DNA of 62,732 nucleotides, filler included, from Rhabdomonas costata (GCA_019059605.1; 29 parts of 29 records of this genome joined end to end with filler, not necessarily neighbours in it), one strand, 5' to 3'; positions 12,308-25,720 are shown, counted from the first letter of the whole stretch. The notes: a model not told the origin generated them from the sequence alone. A program made the numbers and translations.

Positions 12308-13359
12308 GTCACAAATCAGTACGTCAGTGAAAGATAAGGGTTTGGCTTCTGAGAAAGCGAAGCGAACGAAGCGGAAAATTCGCAGGCAAACACGTGCGCC
12401 CTGTAAAAGCACGTGTTACGTTGCATTACTATACTGGCAGTGGCAGCAGTTGTTGGTGTGCCCAATGGATTCAAAACAAACAAAGGTTGTTTTGTCAAAC
12501 CCTCCTTTCCAAACAATTCAAAAGCGACATGTCAGTGGAAATGAGCAGTCACCCAGTCAGCGGGAACACAAAAACGTCGGCTCGAAACTGAATACGCATA
12601 GTCAGCAAACCGAAAAGGCCTACAAATGCAACCTTTTTGGGTCGTTCATAGCCTGAAAATAACCAAAGTTCGGGATGCTGAAAAAGGGCTGTGGTGGACT
12701 GAGCCCTACGCCAATCCTTCCCAGTCTTAGCCGGAAAAGCCAGAAAGAATTCAACCCGATCAAAGTCTGCTGGTAATACATGCAAGACAGGATGATGCTC
12801 CTTTTGGTGACCAATGCTCATCACGCTTAGCACCCTCGAAAATATCGAAGTATAATGATACGAAGTATAGTGATAGGAAAAACCACCCACANNNNNNNNN
12901 NNNNNNNNNNNNNNNNNNNNNNNNNNNNNNNNNNNTTAATTAATTAANNNNNNNNNNNNNNNNNNNNNNNNNNNNNNNNNNNNNNNNNNNNTGTGGTTTT
13001 TATACTTTGATGCTCTCATGCCTCCCTCACACTCTCACTCACATCCTTTCGCTCTACTTACTGTCTGGTTAAGTGATGTCGGGGGATAGCCTTTCCAGAT
13101 ATTGTTCACAAGCTTTGCGCGAGTGGTTTTTTTTTAAAGTTTTTGAACATTATTCGTTCCAACGCCCCTCCATTTCGAACATCGTTCGTTTTCGGTACAT
13201 TATGTTCCGCAGAGCTGACTGACGCTTCTGCCAGAGCTTTACAACAATCGTTACTGCGATCCTTTTCCACAGATTGTTATTCTTGTCGCCTCCGGTTTTC
13301 TCAGGCGTTCTGTTTTCTATTTGAACTTTCTTGTACCTGCCCAATGCGAGTTTGTGGTA

Positions 13360-14146
13360 ATGCGATCCGTGCTTTGGATTGTCTCCTTGGTGCTAATCCT
13401 CTCCGTGGCCAGCAAGCTGTTCTCTGTGCTTCTGTTCCCCGCTGGTTCTTCCCCTTCCGCTCTTGGTATTGACCAGGACCCCTTGGGTCCCCCTGTGATT
13501 GCCTCCTCGGGGTTCCGTGCCCCTGTTCCCATCTCCAGTCCACACCATGGACTTCCGGACGCCCCACACACCCAGCAAGCTTCCAGTGCGAGTGCCTCAT
13601 CACCCTCGGATCAGTTTGGATCACCCCTCACCTCTGGCTCCCTCTACCTTGCTTCAGCTGACCTTGCTTTGGGAGAGGCCTTGCACCAGAGACTAACTGC
13701 GGAGATTGGCCTGAAACGGCTACAGAGTGTACTTTCCAGGCTGCTGGCCAATGCCAGGGTATGTCGCAGCCCTGACCGATTGTCCTGTTTTACCCCAACC
13801 GTGCTTGGGGCACTGCCTGCTTTGCTGACCTTTCGGGAGGCCTTCACTCCAGAAGTGGTTTCCGCGCTTCAGAGGGAGTACCGTGCCAACTTGGAGGCCT
13901 TCCCTGCGCCTCACTCTAGGCCCAGCTACCCCCTTGTCACAGGGGATGGGTTCAAGTTCATCGCAGACGTGCAGTGCGACACAAAGCCCAATCAGAAGGA
14001 CAACTGTGAGTTCGACCCCGGGAGTGTGAAGAACCGGTCGATCATCTTTGTCAACACCTTGGACATTCCAAGGTTCACGGCAAAACTTCCGAGGATCAAC
14101 GCCCACTTCTTCGTGATTACTCACAACAGGGACCATTCCGTTCCAG
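13360..14146 (+). CDS. Type II membrane glycosyltransferase-like (exostosin-related) protein, first exon
   Basis: N-terminal TM anchor, Pro/Ser stem, then SYPLVTGDGFKFIAD...IIFVNT......FFVITHNRD, a motif set I recall from exostosin-like proteins; GT donor at 14147. Confidence 0.55.
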
Positions 14147-14499
14147 GTTGCCCTTCTCCTTCGCCTCGCTCGTCATCGTACTCTCTCTAGTTGTTGCCGA
14201 CGGGCGCGGCGCCAGTCACGCTGAGATATTCATTTAGATCCATCGAGCAGAGGGAATTTTCGGAATTTTTGGTGACTGGATGCCGTCATTGATATGCACT
14301 CTTTTTTTGGCAGTTATCGCGAAAACAACCTCTTGAGTTTGGACCGTTCCAATTATTTTTTTTTAGCAAATCATGCCAGAACAGACGCAGAAAGCGCCTG
14401 GCCGCATGTTAAATGAGACACACACGAAACTGCTCCTGCTCTACTCCCACTCCACTTCCTGCGCCCCCCCCCCCACACTCCCACTCCGTACGGCCGCAG

Positions 14500-14736
14500 G
14501 TCTTTGACACGATGAAGGTCTCCAACCCCTCCCTGGCCGAGCTGGGCGCCGGGGCGACCAAGAAGGTCAGCCTGGACCGCAAGGTGCTACGGTTCCAGGG
14601 CTACTACACGGAGGCCGTGCACGAGAGCCCGCTGGAGACTGAGCGCCAGCGGAAGTGTGTGGTGTACTACTTCCTGGAGGACGACACCGTGGCGGTCAGC
14701 GAGACCAAGCAGGACAACTCCGGGATCTCCGGGCAG
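14500..14736 (+). CDS. EFHC1/EFHC2 (Rib72)-family DM10-domain axonemal protein, one exon
   Basis: LDRKVLRFQGYYTEAVHESPLETERQRKCVVYYFLEDDTVAVSETKQDNSGI is a canonical first DM10 domain; bounded by AG and GT. Confidence 0.92.
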
Positions 14737-14877
14737 GTCCTCAGCTCCACCTCCGCCCCACACGGTGCGGTTGATGCCAAAGCTCATCCAACCCAGTGCG
14801 CCATGGGTTCATTGTCCGTGGACCATCGAATCATGATCAACAATCAGCGCGCTATGTGCCCATTAGAGACACGCACG

Positions 14878-14912
<35 letters not shown>

Positions 14913-16799
14913 GATTGTTAACAACACACGCGTCGTATGTATGTTTATGAGCGCGCACGCACACTACTTCGCCTTGGACGCCTTCGAACCGCCCCCTCTC
15001 CTGCGTCTTTGCAGTGACATCGATCAGCAGGCTGCGACTGCCGCTGAAACCCCCACCTTNNNNNNNNNNNNNNNNNNNNNNNNNNNNNNNNNNNNNNNNN
15101 NNNTTAATTAATTAANNNNNNNNNNNNNNNNNNNNNNNNNNNNNNNNNNNNNNNNNNNNGTTGTGTCTGTTGTGGTTGGTGTCTGTTGGTTTTTTTGGCA
15201 ATTTTGGTGTCCGTGTGCTTGGTGTTGTGGCTTATGGCGTTGCTGTGTGTCGTGGTGTGAAGTTTGTTGAGGTAAGTGTAGTGTGTGTGTCCGCGGTCCG
15301 TGGTGTGTGGATTCTTCTTGTTTGTGTTTGCATTCCGTCGTCATTTTTTGGGTCGTCTCAGGTATTCCAGGCGATCTCGTCAATGGGATGTATTGGGGCT
15401 GTGGGTTGGCTGTTAGATACGATGTGTGTTGCCTGTGCTTTGCGGGTTCCCGAGTATGCAGTGTCAACAATTCCGCATTCCTTTCTCAAAGAGGTGTGAT
15501 ACCGCCAGACACCCGAAGCCGTTGAAATCTGCTCAGCAGTGGTTCAAACTAGCATTATCAGGTAAGCCTGGCAACACGTAAACATGCGGATTAGGCCACC
15601 AACACTGGTGAGCTAAGGTCATACAGAAGCGGTTGTTTACGCCACTCAATGGTACGGAATGAGTCAGACTATGGATACGTCTGGTGAGTTATGCAGTAGC
15701 CATCAGAGGCTCTGCTGACATAGCCCCACAGTTGGGTAGTGCTGTTCCATCGCGTAGGGTAACGCTAGCCTGTCTGGTGATTATAAGTGAAAGGGGATCG
15801 TGGTGATGGAAGGGACCACATCAGGGTTTTGATGATGCGATCAAGTACAATCTTTCACGCTGCGCTCAAACTCTTTCAACCCACTGATGCAGAGGATTAT
15901 GAAGAAGACCAGCGTGACATTCTGACACCACAAACCCAACCAGGGACTGAGAGATGGTGAGATGAAGGACGCTGCCAGGCACCGGATGCAGAGGGGCACC
16001 CAGGGCCCGCATTAGCGGAAGAGGAGACCCAAATCAGCGGACCACTCCACCGTTTGAAGCTATTGCATCGCGCGTTTTTACCGCTTATGAAGCTCATTTT
16101 GATTCCAAAAATGGCATTTTCCATTAATAATGGCCGTAAAAAGCTTAACCGCAACCTCGAAAACCTCGAAAAATTCGCATAAAAACTCGTTTTTTCGGAA
16201 CCTCCTACAGGATTATTTTCGACCCATGTCGCCGCGGCCATCTCCAACGAGAGGGGCTATAAAAATTTCATCAGTGTTAATCGATTTTTTTCCACGTAAT
16301 TTTCGAGTCGAGAGCCCACCTGCACAAAACTGGGCTTGAACTACTTTGCGCGAAAAAAGCGCAAAAAGTCTACACACACGGGTACTTTCACGTTTTTCTC
16401 GTATATAATTCAGACACTACTCGTACCTCGTTTCGTTAGTGGCCCCAGGTGACAGGACGGTGGGCAAGCGGTCAGCACGGGACACCGCATTGATGTCATA
16501 TTGCGCGCACTCGCAAAAAATAAAAAAGCACGCTGCGCCGAAACACGTGAATCCACATTGAAAAAGGCCCGCGTGTATCCCCCATGATTAAAGCAATTCG
16601 ACTTTATGTATTTTTCCAGCCTGAAACCAGACACAGGCATTTCTTTCTACCGAAAGCGGGTGCACAGAGACGCAACCGTTAATTGCATAATACTTTGTTG
16701 GCAAACCTGCACAAGCACGTAACGCAGAGGAATACGAAGAGCAACGGTAGTCCACACTCATTAATACACTGCAACAGTACCAAAAGAATCAGTGTGAGG

Positions 16800-17220
16800 A
16801 GGAAAGTTCCCACACGTCATTGGAACTCCTTTGCGGAGGCTTCCAAGGCCCCAAGCTCCATCAATTCATAGTTTAGACACCACACGGACCTTGCCCTTAA
16901 TGATATATGGCCTTGTGAACTCCCACTTGCCGTGGTCAACCTGCGCTCCGAATTACTTGCAGACACAGGTGTAACCAGATGCACCGTCCGTTAGCAACAG
17001 AGAACCCTTGGCCACAAGCTGAAGGAGAGCCGACCTTTCGGTCATCATCTGCCTATTATCTTGCGCTTCTCGAAGCACTCCACCAATAGCAGACCCGAAT
17101 CCTTTCGAAGATTCCACGAAAATTCCCCTTAACCTCAGAGTCATGACCGTGCAACCCCTGCATTTTTATCCAGATCTCGCATCCATCCGCCTCCGTATGA
17201 AACTTGCTTGCGGAGCCCAA
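16800..17220 (-). mobile_element. Merlin (IS1016/IS1595/ISXO2-like) DDE transposase relic
   Basis: One frame reads VAKGSLLLTDGASGYTCVCK*FGAQVDHGKWEFTRPYIIKGKVRVVSKL*IDGAWG. This fits the 'GS.I.TD...Y...V.H...F.....T..I[ED]..W' pattern with two in-frame stops. Confidence 0.62.
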
Positions 17221-17330
17221 CACCCNNNNNNNNNNNNNNNNNNNNNNNNNNNNNNNNNNNNNNNNNNNNTTAATTAATTAANNNNNNNNNNNNNNNNNNN
17301 NNNNNNNNNNNNNNNNNNNNNNNNNGTTGT

Positions 17331-17366
<36 letters not shown>

Positions 17367-17374
17367 TGTGTGTT

Positions 17375-17550
17375 GGGCACATAGCGCGTTGGCCGTTGCC
17401 TGATTGACTGTTGGAGACCATGTGGACTGACGTTGGCCACGGATGCTCTCGAGAGGCAACTTGGAAGCAACGAGGCCGTGGGATACCGACTTACCGCCGA
17501 ATATTCCATTGCGGTAACTTGCCTTTTGCCCCACAGGTCAGGGGTGCCTT
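17375..17550 (+). repeat. Dispersed repeat family, copy 2, directly after a (TG)n tract
   Basis: Colinear with 8670-8841 (shared GCCGTGGG, GGTAAC and TGCCCCAC blocks). Confidence 0.7.
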
Positions 17551-17856
17551 AGTGACTCTTCGCCCAGGTAGGTCTGCGGGTACTGCCGATTCCCGGCTCA
17601 TTTTCTTGAGGTACTCCATGTGTGGTCTAGAACAGAGTGTGTGCGCGTGTCTGTGTGTAAGAAGGCTGAAAGAGAACGCTACATCAGTTAAGTTGGCGGT
17701 AGTAGCACTGATGAATGAAGAAACGTGGACGTGGTCATTGGCCTTTCAATAAAACCAAGAAATCTAACAAGGCTTCCCATTAGAGCATGTTTCTTGTTGA
17801 CTGAGCTCGATCCCAAGGACAATGCGCACCCCCGATTCCTCCCGAACAAACGACAC

Positions 17857-18610
17857 CGTGTGAACTCTTCCAAGGGAGTGATCCGCACCGGTCCCCTGGC
17901 CAGGGCCTCTGCAGAGAACACCCGCAGCAGGGGAACCAGCTTGGCCCCACCGTAGTAGGCCATGGCGGAGGGCATCACCTCGGGCTCCACAAGGCTGCGG
18001 TTCAGCCGCGCCGCCAGGGCGTAGGCCTTCACAATCGCTACCAGCTGGTTTGCAAACTGAGGGAAAGTCAGCAGCACATAAATAAGGTATGTAGAGGAGA
18101 GGGTGAGAGCCACAAAACATGGACGATGACGGGAGAAGGCTGGATGCCAAAGGTAGCCAAGATCACTGTGAAGACAGCATTACACACAAAAGGCGTAAGT
18201 ACCGGAAAACACTTGGCTCAATGCCGTCCACAAACCCCACCATTCGCCAGAGGAGTAAAACGGTTCGCAAAAGCCCCTCAAATACTCCATCCGAGCATCA
18301 TCACTCGCCGTTTGTTGTGATCTTAGGACAGCCTGGCACGTGAGTCATTAACAAGCAGTTCACTTCCCGGGAACACACTGTGCAGCCAAATGCAAGGCAC
18401 CTGCCCGTGATACCCAAATATTCGCACAAAGCCAGCGCCCGAATAGCTGGCCCCGTCCCCGGCAGCCCCGCTCTGCGGGAGCACGGGCTGTAGCTGAGGA
18501 GCGGTAGGAAGCTCCTGGGGAAAGTTCCAGTGGAGCAGCCATAGCAGCAAGGCCACAGGCACAGCGGGCAGGGCCAGCAGCCAGCAGCGAGGCATCCTAC
18601 CTCCAATCAT
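17857..18610 (-). CDS. O-fucosyltransferase-like type II membrane glycosyltransferase, first two exons
   Basis: TM anchor (WLLALPAVPVALLLWLL). Exons 18610-18401 and 18056-17857 join to YHGQ|FANQLVAIVKAYALAARLNRSLVEP, the 'G..NQ.......A..LNRTLV.P' motif. Confidence 0.72.
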
Positions 18611-19550
18611 AGGCAAGCACACTCCCTTCTCCCACGGAACACGGTCAAATTGGCAAACAGGCGGTGAGGGACAGGGCCTAAACCCTGAGTTTCCTCAATT
18701 GCTCCATCTCAAACGCTTGATGAAAGCAAAACCACTCTGCTCTCTCCTCATTGCTATCTCACCAGACAGAAGCGCTGTGGGCCTGCAAGTGGGATACACG
18801 GCAAACTGTGGAAAGAGCACTGGAGTACCAGCAACAACCAGTTACACTGCTTCAAAAAAAATCTTGACAAAGGATCGGTGTAAAAGGCAATACGCCCGAG
18901 TATTAATGACTTCATGCATGACAACATTAAATTCTCGTTAACGTTCAACGCACCAAACGGTGAATTTCCCGTAACGATAAGGCACGAGGCCCTTTTGGCC
19001 TTAAAAAAAGGGATCGAAATTAGTGAATTCTATCAGCGAATTCTCGTAGCCAGAAAAATGAGCATCATGAAAAAGGCAGCATCGTTGAAGACTTACGAAG
19101 CAATCGACACTGGAGAGGAGGCATCAGGATGGATTAGCTCATAAAAACCACCGCAAACGCAAAGGGACCAATTCAATTGAGTTCACAGTCTCACACTCTC
19201 CCCTCAGCCTCGTACATGCACAGTACACTTTTTGCACGGCAAGTACTCGCCCACTCACCCACGAAAGGGAGTCGGATACCCAAAGAGTGGCTCCTAGCCA
19301 CACCCAACCACACACAAAGATACGAGACACAAGGCTTGAATGCGCTCAGTGTGAAGAGTCGCTCTCCTCTCCACTCCTGGAGCCAGAGCTGCCGCTGCCG
19401 CTGCCGCCGCNNNNNNNNNNNNNNNNNNNNNNNNNNNNNNNNNNNNNNNNNNNNTTAATTAATTAANNNNNNNNNNNNNNNNNNNNNNNNNNNNNNNNNN
19501 NNNNNNNNNNTGTTGTGGTGTGGTGTTGTGCGGGGAGGAGGGAGCCGCAC

Positions 19551-21567
19551 CGGGGTCGCCGTGGTTGCGATAGTAGTCGTCCGTACCCAGCACCACGGGC
19601 TGCATCCCGGTGACCTTCAGCGAGGCGCACAGTTGCGCGGCAAAAGTGGTCTTGCCGCTGCTGCTGGGCCCGGAGATCAGCACCACGCGGACCTTGCCGC
19701 GGCGCGCAGTGATCCGCCCGGCAATCTCCGCGATGCTCTGCTGGTGCAGCCCCTCACTCAGGTGCACCAAGTCCTGCACCTCACCTAAGCGAAGCGTGAC
19801 CACATACGCGGAGTTAGTTGAATAACACAGGAACACATTTGAATAACACAGGAATATGATCATGCTGCACATGTAAACGGTGACACAGACAGACTCGCAG
19901 CGAGAAGTGGGATTCACAGCGAGAAGAAATTGAATAGATACTATAAGCCCTCAAAAGAGTCCATACCTCGCTGCTGGGAAGCAAAGTAACCAAGGGCAGG
20001 TTCCCCCTGCTACACCAATCGATCAGAGACATGGCATTCAAATACACCGCACTTGCACGGGCACAAGACAGTGAGGTCTTTCTACCTCTGGCTGGCGGCT
20101 TATGAAAATTTCCCATTTTCTATCCACTTCTCAGGGTGCGGACCATCTTTTGATGATGTTGGACGGAGGTTCTTGAGAGACTCAACGGCGTGTAAACTGA
20201 AGCTTCATGGAGGATCATTCTGAGCTCGCCATTCTAATTCTTAAATGGCACCTATGCCTTCCCCTATGCTTCTATCTTCAGCCCAGGTGCGCCAAGAACT
20301 CTGAAGGTTTAACGATGTGGCATACACACAAACACAAGTAGATCCATAGTCATGCACGGAAGACATGCCACAGACCGGCCATGATCTTGTGGTTGATGTC
20401 ACCGACGCACTTGATCCCAGTGATTGCCGCGACGCGGTCGTTGCGCTGCTGGAACTCCGCGGAGATGATCCCGGGGTCGTCCAGCGGCCGCACTACAGTG
20501 GGCGAGGCCGCCGTGGGGAACCCCAGCACCATCCCGTTCTTGTACGGCTGCAGGTCGAACACCTTGCAGAACCCTGAGGAGGGTGCCAGGGGCCGGAAAT
20601 ACAGCTTCATCGTTCCTCGCAGGCTGCTGACCCGAACCTGCGAGGAAGGCGCAGCAAAGAGGGGTCGATGCGAAGGCAAGGGGACATTTCATCACAGATC
20701 ACACAAGCCAACCTGCAGCAAACTAACGCTCACCTGAGCCGGCCAAAAATGCCCATCCCCATCACTGCGGCTACAACTGTTCAGCGATTTCTCCAAAGTG
20801 TAAAACTTCATGTGATCAATACACATTTCAACAGAAATTCATCAATTTCACCAGAGAGCGAGACAGAGAAAGAGCGCATTAAGCGCGTAGGTGCTGGCTG
20901 ATCTGGAGGAGATAACCAACGTTGTGGCTGTGGCTTTGTGAATGCGGCTGCAGCAGAGGATTGGGACTAGGATCACCCACCTGGGTGGGGTAGCTCTTGG
21001 ACTTCAGGTACTCTGCGGAGTAGGGCTGGCGCATGTTCTCGAAGTACTCAATGGCGCCGAAGCGATCCATGGAGAGGAGCTCAATGGGGTGGTTGGCTTC
21101 CACCTGTAATAAGGCACGCATTCCTGTGCGTTGAGCGCGGGCTGTCACTGGCATGCCATTCCATCTGTTTCAGAACGTCGCGGATCGTTTGGGAAAATAT
21201 GCGCGGTGGGTGCATGGCTGTGATCTGATGAAAACTTCGTCTGATTGTGGCAATACGAAATTTCGATTCACCATGCATACGGTCTCCAAGTACTCCATTT
21301 TAGTCCGACTTCAGGTAACAGCTCAAAGTTTCAAAGTTGAGGTATGCTGGTGGGAGAGTGTACATCGGAAGGAAGTTGTGTTAGGGTTAGGGTTAGGGAA
21401 GCGAGCTAACAACAGGGCTGCAATATATAGCGCAAAATGAAAAAGCTACCAGGGCGGCCATCTCCGCCTTGATCAGCGCGACGTCCTCCGCGGGCACGCT
21501 GTCCATCCCAGGGAACCCACAGTAATAGGCCTGGCTCATGGAGCTGCCCTCCAGCCCGAACCCGTAC
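19551..21567 (-). CDS. Long-form uridine kinase/phosphoribulokinase-family kinase with ThrRS/AlaRS-like N-terminal region, four exons
   Basis: GT-AG exons ~21567-21450, 21103-20981, 20637-20376 and 19784-19551 encode ...FDLQPYKNGMVLGFP...VGDINHKI..GEVQDLVHLSEGLHQQSIAEIA.....RVVLISGPSSSGKTTFA..L......PVVLGTDDYY. Confidence 0.88.
21381..21398 (+). repeat. (TTAGGG)3 telomere-like tract inside an intron
   Basis: ttagggttagggttaggg seen directly; short enough to be chance. Confidence 0.45.
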
Positions 21568-24500
21568 CACACACANNNNNNNNNNNNNNNNNNNNNNNNN
21601 NNNNNNNNNNNNNNNNNNNTTAATTAATTAANNNNNNNNNNNNNNNNNNNNNNNNNNNNNNNNNNNNNNNNNNNNGGGGGGTTTGGAAGTTCTCCTTTCG
21701 GTATTGCTTTCTATGTTTGGCAGAAGTTTTGAGGGCTACGGACGCGGTAATGCTGATGGGCACTGACTATCGTCGACCAAGCAGCAGCCGGCCTGTATTA
21801 CGTAGAGAGGCAACGACGCAACGAGAAGCCCACTAGATGCCAGCAGGCAGCCCCGGAACCTAAACTTCGCGGGGTTCAGTGAGGAGCCTGAGACAACAAC
21901 GCGCTTGGGGTATCGTACAGTATTTTTATAATCAATGTGTCCACACAAACGACAATGAAACAACCACCCCCCTGTACCCGACAAGCAGACGCATACTTGA
22001 AAAACGCAGCCTTTGTGAGGGCCGCGTGGGCCAGCCGCACCTCCACGGCGTCCCCGTCGCTGTCATAGTGCGTTGCGGAGAATTCCACCAGGACGTCCCC
22101 AACCTTATACCCCCCATCCCCGACACCCTACTGTACTCCATACTGATGCTCAAAAATGGGTTAGAACTGCCATGGTGGGAGGGGTGCAGCCACCATGTGA
22201 GGCCGTCGCACACGATCCGTTACGCTCCCCACATCACGGCTTGGTGTGCCCTCTCCTGCGACCATGCCACAGGCTAGTCCTCAGTGAGGGCGATCTACTC
22301 TCCACGGCGCCAATGCGGAGGGTAGGCCACAGGAAAGGTGGGCAGGCGGTATAGCTGAGGGTGAGCTGCATCTTTGAGAAGCGTTCTGCGAGGATGCAGA
22401 ACCAGAGCAGCGGCCTTTTGATGGCAACTTCGCTGCTATTAACTTCACCGTAAACCCCCGAGCTTTTATCTTGTTGGCAGCACCGATTAGGTGTTGCATC
22501 ATGAAGCATCACAGCAGCACAATCGCCAGCGAAACTTCCCGCTGGGTTTTACACCCCTTCACCTGGGACAATTCGGAGAGAGCTGGTCGGTCATTCAGCG
22601 GCTGATATGAACTCGCAAGCATGGTCATCACTGTCTGGAGGGCAGTCTGAAGGACGCTTGCCTTTGTTTCCCGCGCTGGTGTGGTTTTTTTGTTCCAGCT
22701 TGCTCGTCACACTGCCATTGACTGCACTGCCGACTTACTTCTTGGCCTGACTGTGGAGGACTCGGACATGCTAACGTTGCCGTGGGACTTGGGCACATCT
22801 GAATCTTGACTCTGCTTCGTCAGACCATCAGAAAACAACATCCTCCGCTTCCTGTGAGACGCCCAGATATCTGCGTCGCCGAGGGTGAGCCAAATACTCC
22901 ACCCAAAACCAAGAAAATCCTTGCCAACAGTAACTTGGCGCTACACCGCCTGTTGTGGGCTCCTTCGCCACCGTAATTTGAGTTGCACCCTGCCCCTTCC
23001 CTTCCCTCCCCCTTCCCCTTCTTTTCCTTTTGCTTTTATTTTTGCAAGCATTCATTTTGAATCGCTTGCTCACCTGCTGGACCTTTCCTGTTGGTGCTCC
23101 TTGCTGGACTCAAACTGCATCCCAGAACACAGAGCACGAACAAAAATAGTTCCCAAAGCTGCTTTACGTGGTCTCGAAGCACACACAAAAACCACACAGA
23201 GCACAGAGGAAAGGCAAAGCAAGAGAGGGGGGGGGATTTCCGAGGTTTTCGATGGAGGGAACGGGAAAGACTCTGTCTCTGGCACAACAGGCGGGGCGAA
23301 CCGATTTTTTCGAGCGGAGCTCCGTGCGTGGACAACAGTTGCGCACCGATGCGCGGAGAGGATGCCCGAGAAAAGCAATGCGGGCATGCACCCAACTACC
23401 CAACCAACAAAGTCACACAAAACGCAGTGAGAAAGAAAGAGGAAAAAGACGAAGAAAATGGAAGCAGGGATGCCAAAACGATGGAAGAAGGGTCCCGTGT
23501 GTTTTTGTGACAGACGCTTCACGGAGATTTATAGAGCACAAGCCAACTTAGGAAAACCTCCTTACCTCAGATTGGCAAAGCAGCAGGGTTCATGCAGGCT
23601 GGACGACCACTGCACGTGTGTAAGCATGTGGAAAGCACCACCTCAACACCCCCCAGTCTCACTGCATGTGCAAGCAAGTCTGAATGAAAAACATGAAAGC
23701 AGAATTTTGGCACGGTCCGATGCGACGGTATTTCTTGTGCNNNNNNNNNNNNNNNNNNNNNNNNNNNNNNNNNNNNNNNNNNNNTTAATTAATTAANNNN
23801 NNNNNNNNNNNNNNNNNNNNNNNNNNNNNNNNNNNNNNNNGTGGGGGGTGTGGAACTTTTGAGATTTGTTGATGAAGCCATACTTCTCACTTCTGTTATT
23901 CCTTTCGTTCCTATATTTCTTGCGCTTACTTGGGCACTTGGGCACTTTGGGCATTTATGGGTGTGTACATTGATAAAGGCAACGAACAGCGCTTGCCAGT
24001 AATCGCTCAATATCATCTATTATTTTTGTGTCTCCTGTTGCTGCTGCGCTTCTGGTACTTACAGATCGCATCCGCGCTCATCCGCTCCACCGGACAGAGC
24101 TGGAGGAGCAGAGCGAATATGAAAAAGAGTATCTGTAACGGCTCATGGCTGCTTTGTATCACGTTTGCAAGAAAAGTGGTGGCATGAATAAGTGGTTTTG
24201 CATCTGAAACTTTAAGGGAAGATTGAGTTAAGAGCATAATATACCGGTTCTGTATTTTAGCTCACAATTACAGTTGCATTGACTGAAAAACATCACTGAG
24301 GTGGACAGTTGCGTTGCAGATGTTGTGAAAGAGAAAAGAGAATAAGTAAAATTTTAAGAGATTAGCGAAGGTCTTAGGTTTCAAGAAGCTGTGGCTTTGG
24401 AAAGGAGAGAATGCCTACCAGGAGATCCGACTGTGACAAAACCAGGCTAGGCATCGAGAAACGGAAAATGGAGGAGGAGATTTTATGAAAGAAGGAGCAC

Positions 24501-25389
24501 AAGAGCATCAAGCAGCAGCACGGTTACAGAAGAGAAGTTAACCGAATAATTCGTCGCTGACATCCGTTTTCCCGATCTTTGGAACAATTTTTGTTCAGAG
24601 TTGTCCTTTTGTTAAATTAAGATCTCGCTGCATACGTGTTGGGTCACGAAGAGGCCAAGAAGAAGGTTTTTGATTTTAACCTGCTCTTTTGTGTTTGTTT
24701 TGCGTTTGTTTGCCCGGTTGAGAGGGATAATCTAGGATGCGACAGATCCGGCCCGACACCCTGAACGTAGTAAAAGGTGCCGCGGTTATGGTCCTACAGG
24801 CCGCGCTGCTTTCACTGTTGCGGCGTAAGTGATGCGCAGGTCCCAGACTGGAGGAAGGAGGGGCGAGGCAGGAGGGAGCCATAGCCGCACGCAAGTCACG
24901 GTCAAAAAGCCGAGCCCGAACCCCCGAGCCCCAAGAATCCAGGTCACCATGTTACCGCTTGGAAAGCACGTGCCGTGAAAAATCCGCTTAATACAAGGGT
25001 TACGGCGCAGCCCATAAGTATTATGCGCCTGACAAACAGCCGGGCCCGCCAACCTAATTGCGGCGGAATAAAGGGCACCGTCCTAATGGCCTTTTCCTTT
25101 GAACACCAAAACGGCGGAAGGAACACGGCGGACGGAAGTCGAAGCCGCACTGGTCGTAATAAACCGAACCTGCAGACGCCGGTTTACACACAAGTGGTGT
25201 GGTCGTAAGCCCAGCCGCCACAAGGCACACAAGCCACAAAGCACAAGCCACAAGACGCAAATTCCTATTGTAATGTTCCACCGAGTCCTGAAAAAGGGGC
25301 TGGGACAATTGAATACCACACACAAACATTATGTTGTCGGAAGCACTTCTGACGGATAGGCGTCCAAGATAAAGTAAGGGCCTGAAACC

Positions 25390-25720
25390 CGTGGAATCAA
25401 AACTTTCAACACCAATACTTCGCGAGACAATGTTCAAAACGTTCTCAAACAAGGTCTACCACTTCTACCGCTTGCGCCCACTGAAGGCACAAATCCCGTC
25501 CGCCCGTCACCAATGCGGACCGTGCAGCCCGTGCGTGATTGCACTGGTGGCTGCACTCCGGGAGGATGTCCTTTGTCTAGCCGACTCAGGCGGCCTTCTT
25601 TGTGGCATCGAGGGTTTTCTGGGAGGTTGGTGTTACGGTGACAGGCTCCAGAGCCTGTGCAAACTTCAGGCGGAAGTCCGTGGCGCTGAACCGGCCGCAG
25701 CTCAGGCGGGCATTAACCTG
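25390..25720 (-). mobile_element. Possible piggyBac-like transposase C-terminal relic
   Basis: SATDFRLKFAQAL followed, across frameshifts and stops, by HGPHW*RADGICAFSGRKR*KW and EHCLAKYWC. This resembles the piggyBac 'FR..LA..L' helix plus Cys-rich domain but is heavily decayed. Confidence 0.3.
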
